The notes under the pieces: model-generated
What the model was told of the DNA's origin: nothing
The model's database searches: none
What the model saw: the letters and a program-made list of their open reading frames with translations, nothing else
IMG/VR virus record: IMGVR_UViG_3300037297_000097
Location: 1 to 51,955 of that record
DNA from: a virus
Strand: one strand, 5' to 3'
Length of the DNA: 51,955 bases
Shown: piece by piece, positions 51,241 through 51,955 of the stretch
Layout of the letters: every line of letters begins with the position of its first letter
Numbering within the stretch: position 1 is the stretch's first letter
Made by a program: the position numbers and the translations under genes

Positions 51241-51955
51241 CACCACACGCACATTTGACGAACTAAAGGCCGCGCGTATGCAGGCCGCAGATAAAAGCAT
51301 GAAATGGAGTTTGACGGCAGACGAAGTGAAGATCGTTATGGAGCGCGAGGCCAATCTGAGCGAGGCCAATCTGCGCTACGCCGATCTGAGCGAGGCCAAT
51401 CTGAGCGAGGCCAATCTGCTCTATGCCAATCTGCTCTATGCCAATCTGAGTGAGGCCAATCTGAGCGAGGCCAATCTGAGCGAGGCCAATCTGAGCGAGG
51501 CCAATCTGAGCGAGGCCAATCTGCGCGGGGCCGATCTGCGCGAGGCCGATCTGAGCGGGGCCAATCTGCTCTATGCCAATCTGAGCGAGGCCAATCTGCG
51601 CGGGGCCGATCTGAGCGAGGCCAATCTGCGCGGGGCCGATCTGCGCGGGGCCGATCTGAGCGAGGCCAATCTGCGCGGGGCCAATCTGCTCTATGCCAAT
51701 CTGAGCGAGGCCAATCTGCGCGGGGCCGATCTGAGCGAGGCCAATCTGCTCTATGCCAATCTGCGCGGGGCCGATCTGTACCGCGCCGATCTGAGCGAGG
51801 CCGATCTGCGCGGGGCCGATCTGCGCGAGGCCGATCTGCGCGGGGCCAATCTGCACGACGGCCAGAACATATTGCAAATCGGCCCTGGCGGCTCATCAGG
51901 GCGCATGCTCTATGCCATCAGGCACGACGACGGGTTACGTATCAAAACCGGCTGC
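51233..51955 (+). CDS. Pentapeptide-repeat protein, N-terminal part (continues at 1..256; 283 aa in total)
   Basis: Hand-translated: [15 protein letters not shown]..., then about 32 consecutive A(N/D)L(S/R/L)(E/G/Y) units; open to the window end, so absent from the ORF track. Confidence 0.85.
   Translation, partial: MTDTTRTFDELKAARMQAADKSMKWSLTADEVKIVMEREANLSEANLRYADLSEANLSEANLLYANLLYANLSEANLSEANLSEANLSEANLSEANLRGADLREADLSGANLLYANLSEANLRGADLSEANLRGADLRGADLSEANLRGANLLYANLSEANLRGADLSEANLLYANLRGADLYRADLSEADLRGADLREADLRGANLHDGQNILQIGPGGSSGRMLYAIRHDDGLRIKTGC
51345..51860 (+). repeat. Tandem 15-bp coding repeats (GAGGCCAATCTGAGC and close variants)
   Basis: Near-identical 15-bp units, up to five exact consecutive copies at 51441-51520, in frame with the pentapeptide-repeat ORF. 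Confidence 0.9.
51829..51955. repeat. Second copy of the 127-bp terminal overlap
   Basis: Identical to bases 1-127. Confidence 0.95.

Noticed and set aside
51345-51860. The regular short repeats could be taken for a CRISPR array
   Set aside because: The units are 15 bp, contiguous, have no unique spacers and are in frame within a coding sequence.
51263-51896. Two long minus-strand ORFs in the track (51263..51877 and 51336..51896) with IGLAQ and ADWPRSD repeats
   Set aside because: They are antisense read-throughs of the 15-bp tandem repeats. The plus-strand frame gives a textbook pentapeptide-repeat protein with a proper start (ATGACTGA coupling) and continues in frame across the circular junction to the stop at 254-256.

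Overview
The window is a complete tailed dsDNA phage genome. Bases 1-127 are identical to 51829-51955, so the unit length is 51,828 bp and one gene is split across the window ends. Gene starts mostly have Shine-Dalgarno sites, many with ATGA or ATGACTGA stop/start overlaps, and promoters look sigma70-like, so the host is bacterial but otherwise unknown.

There are three transcription arms:
1. Rightward early arm, about 50.62 kb through the junction to 11.7 kb. It holds about 35 mostly small genes: a pentapeptide-repeat protein, a Rad52-like annealase, XRE and RHH regulators, an ASCH/zinc-finger protein, an HNH homing endonuclease and small Zn-ribbon proteins.
2. Leftward early/replication arm, 50.6 to 39.8 kb. 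It holds a wHTH regulator, a Vsr-like nuclease, an initiator with internal iterons, a primase-helicase, two DNA methyltransferases, a 137-nt tRNA-like element and an ORF-free structured region.
3. Leftward late arm, 39.4 to 11.7 kb. It holds TerS, TerL, a portal-MuF fusion, prohead protease/scaffold, major capsid, neck proteins, major tail, a chaperone pair in a -1 frame arrangement, tape measure, tail tip and fibre genes, and membrane or lipoprotein genes at the end.

I found no integrase and could not recognise an endolysin by eye.

The most unusual content:
- a sugar-modification island (SDR epimerase, two GT2 enzymes, a DUF1360 membrane protein) inserted between the capsid and neck genes, plus a polytopic membrane protein among the tail genes;
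- a non-canonical tRNA-like RNA;
- a pentapeptide-repeat gene with near-identical 15-bp DNA repeats expressed from the early promoter;
- overlapping face-to-face promoters at the arm boundary;
- a promoter followed closely by a terminator in front of the late operon;
- several families of conserved stop/SD/start junction repeats.

All functional calls come from motif recognition by eye and from synteny. No database search was run.
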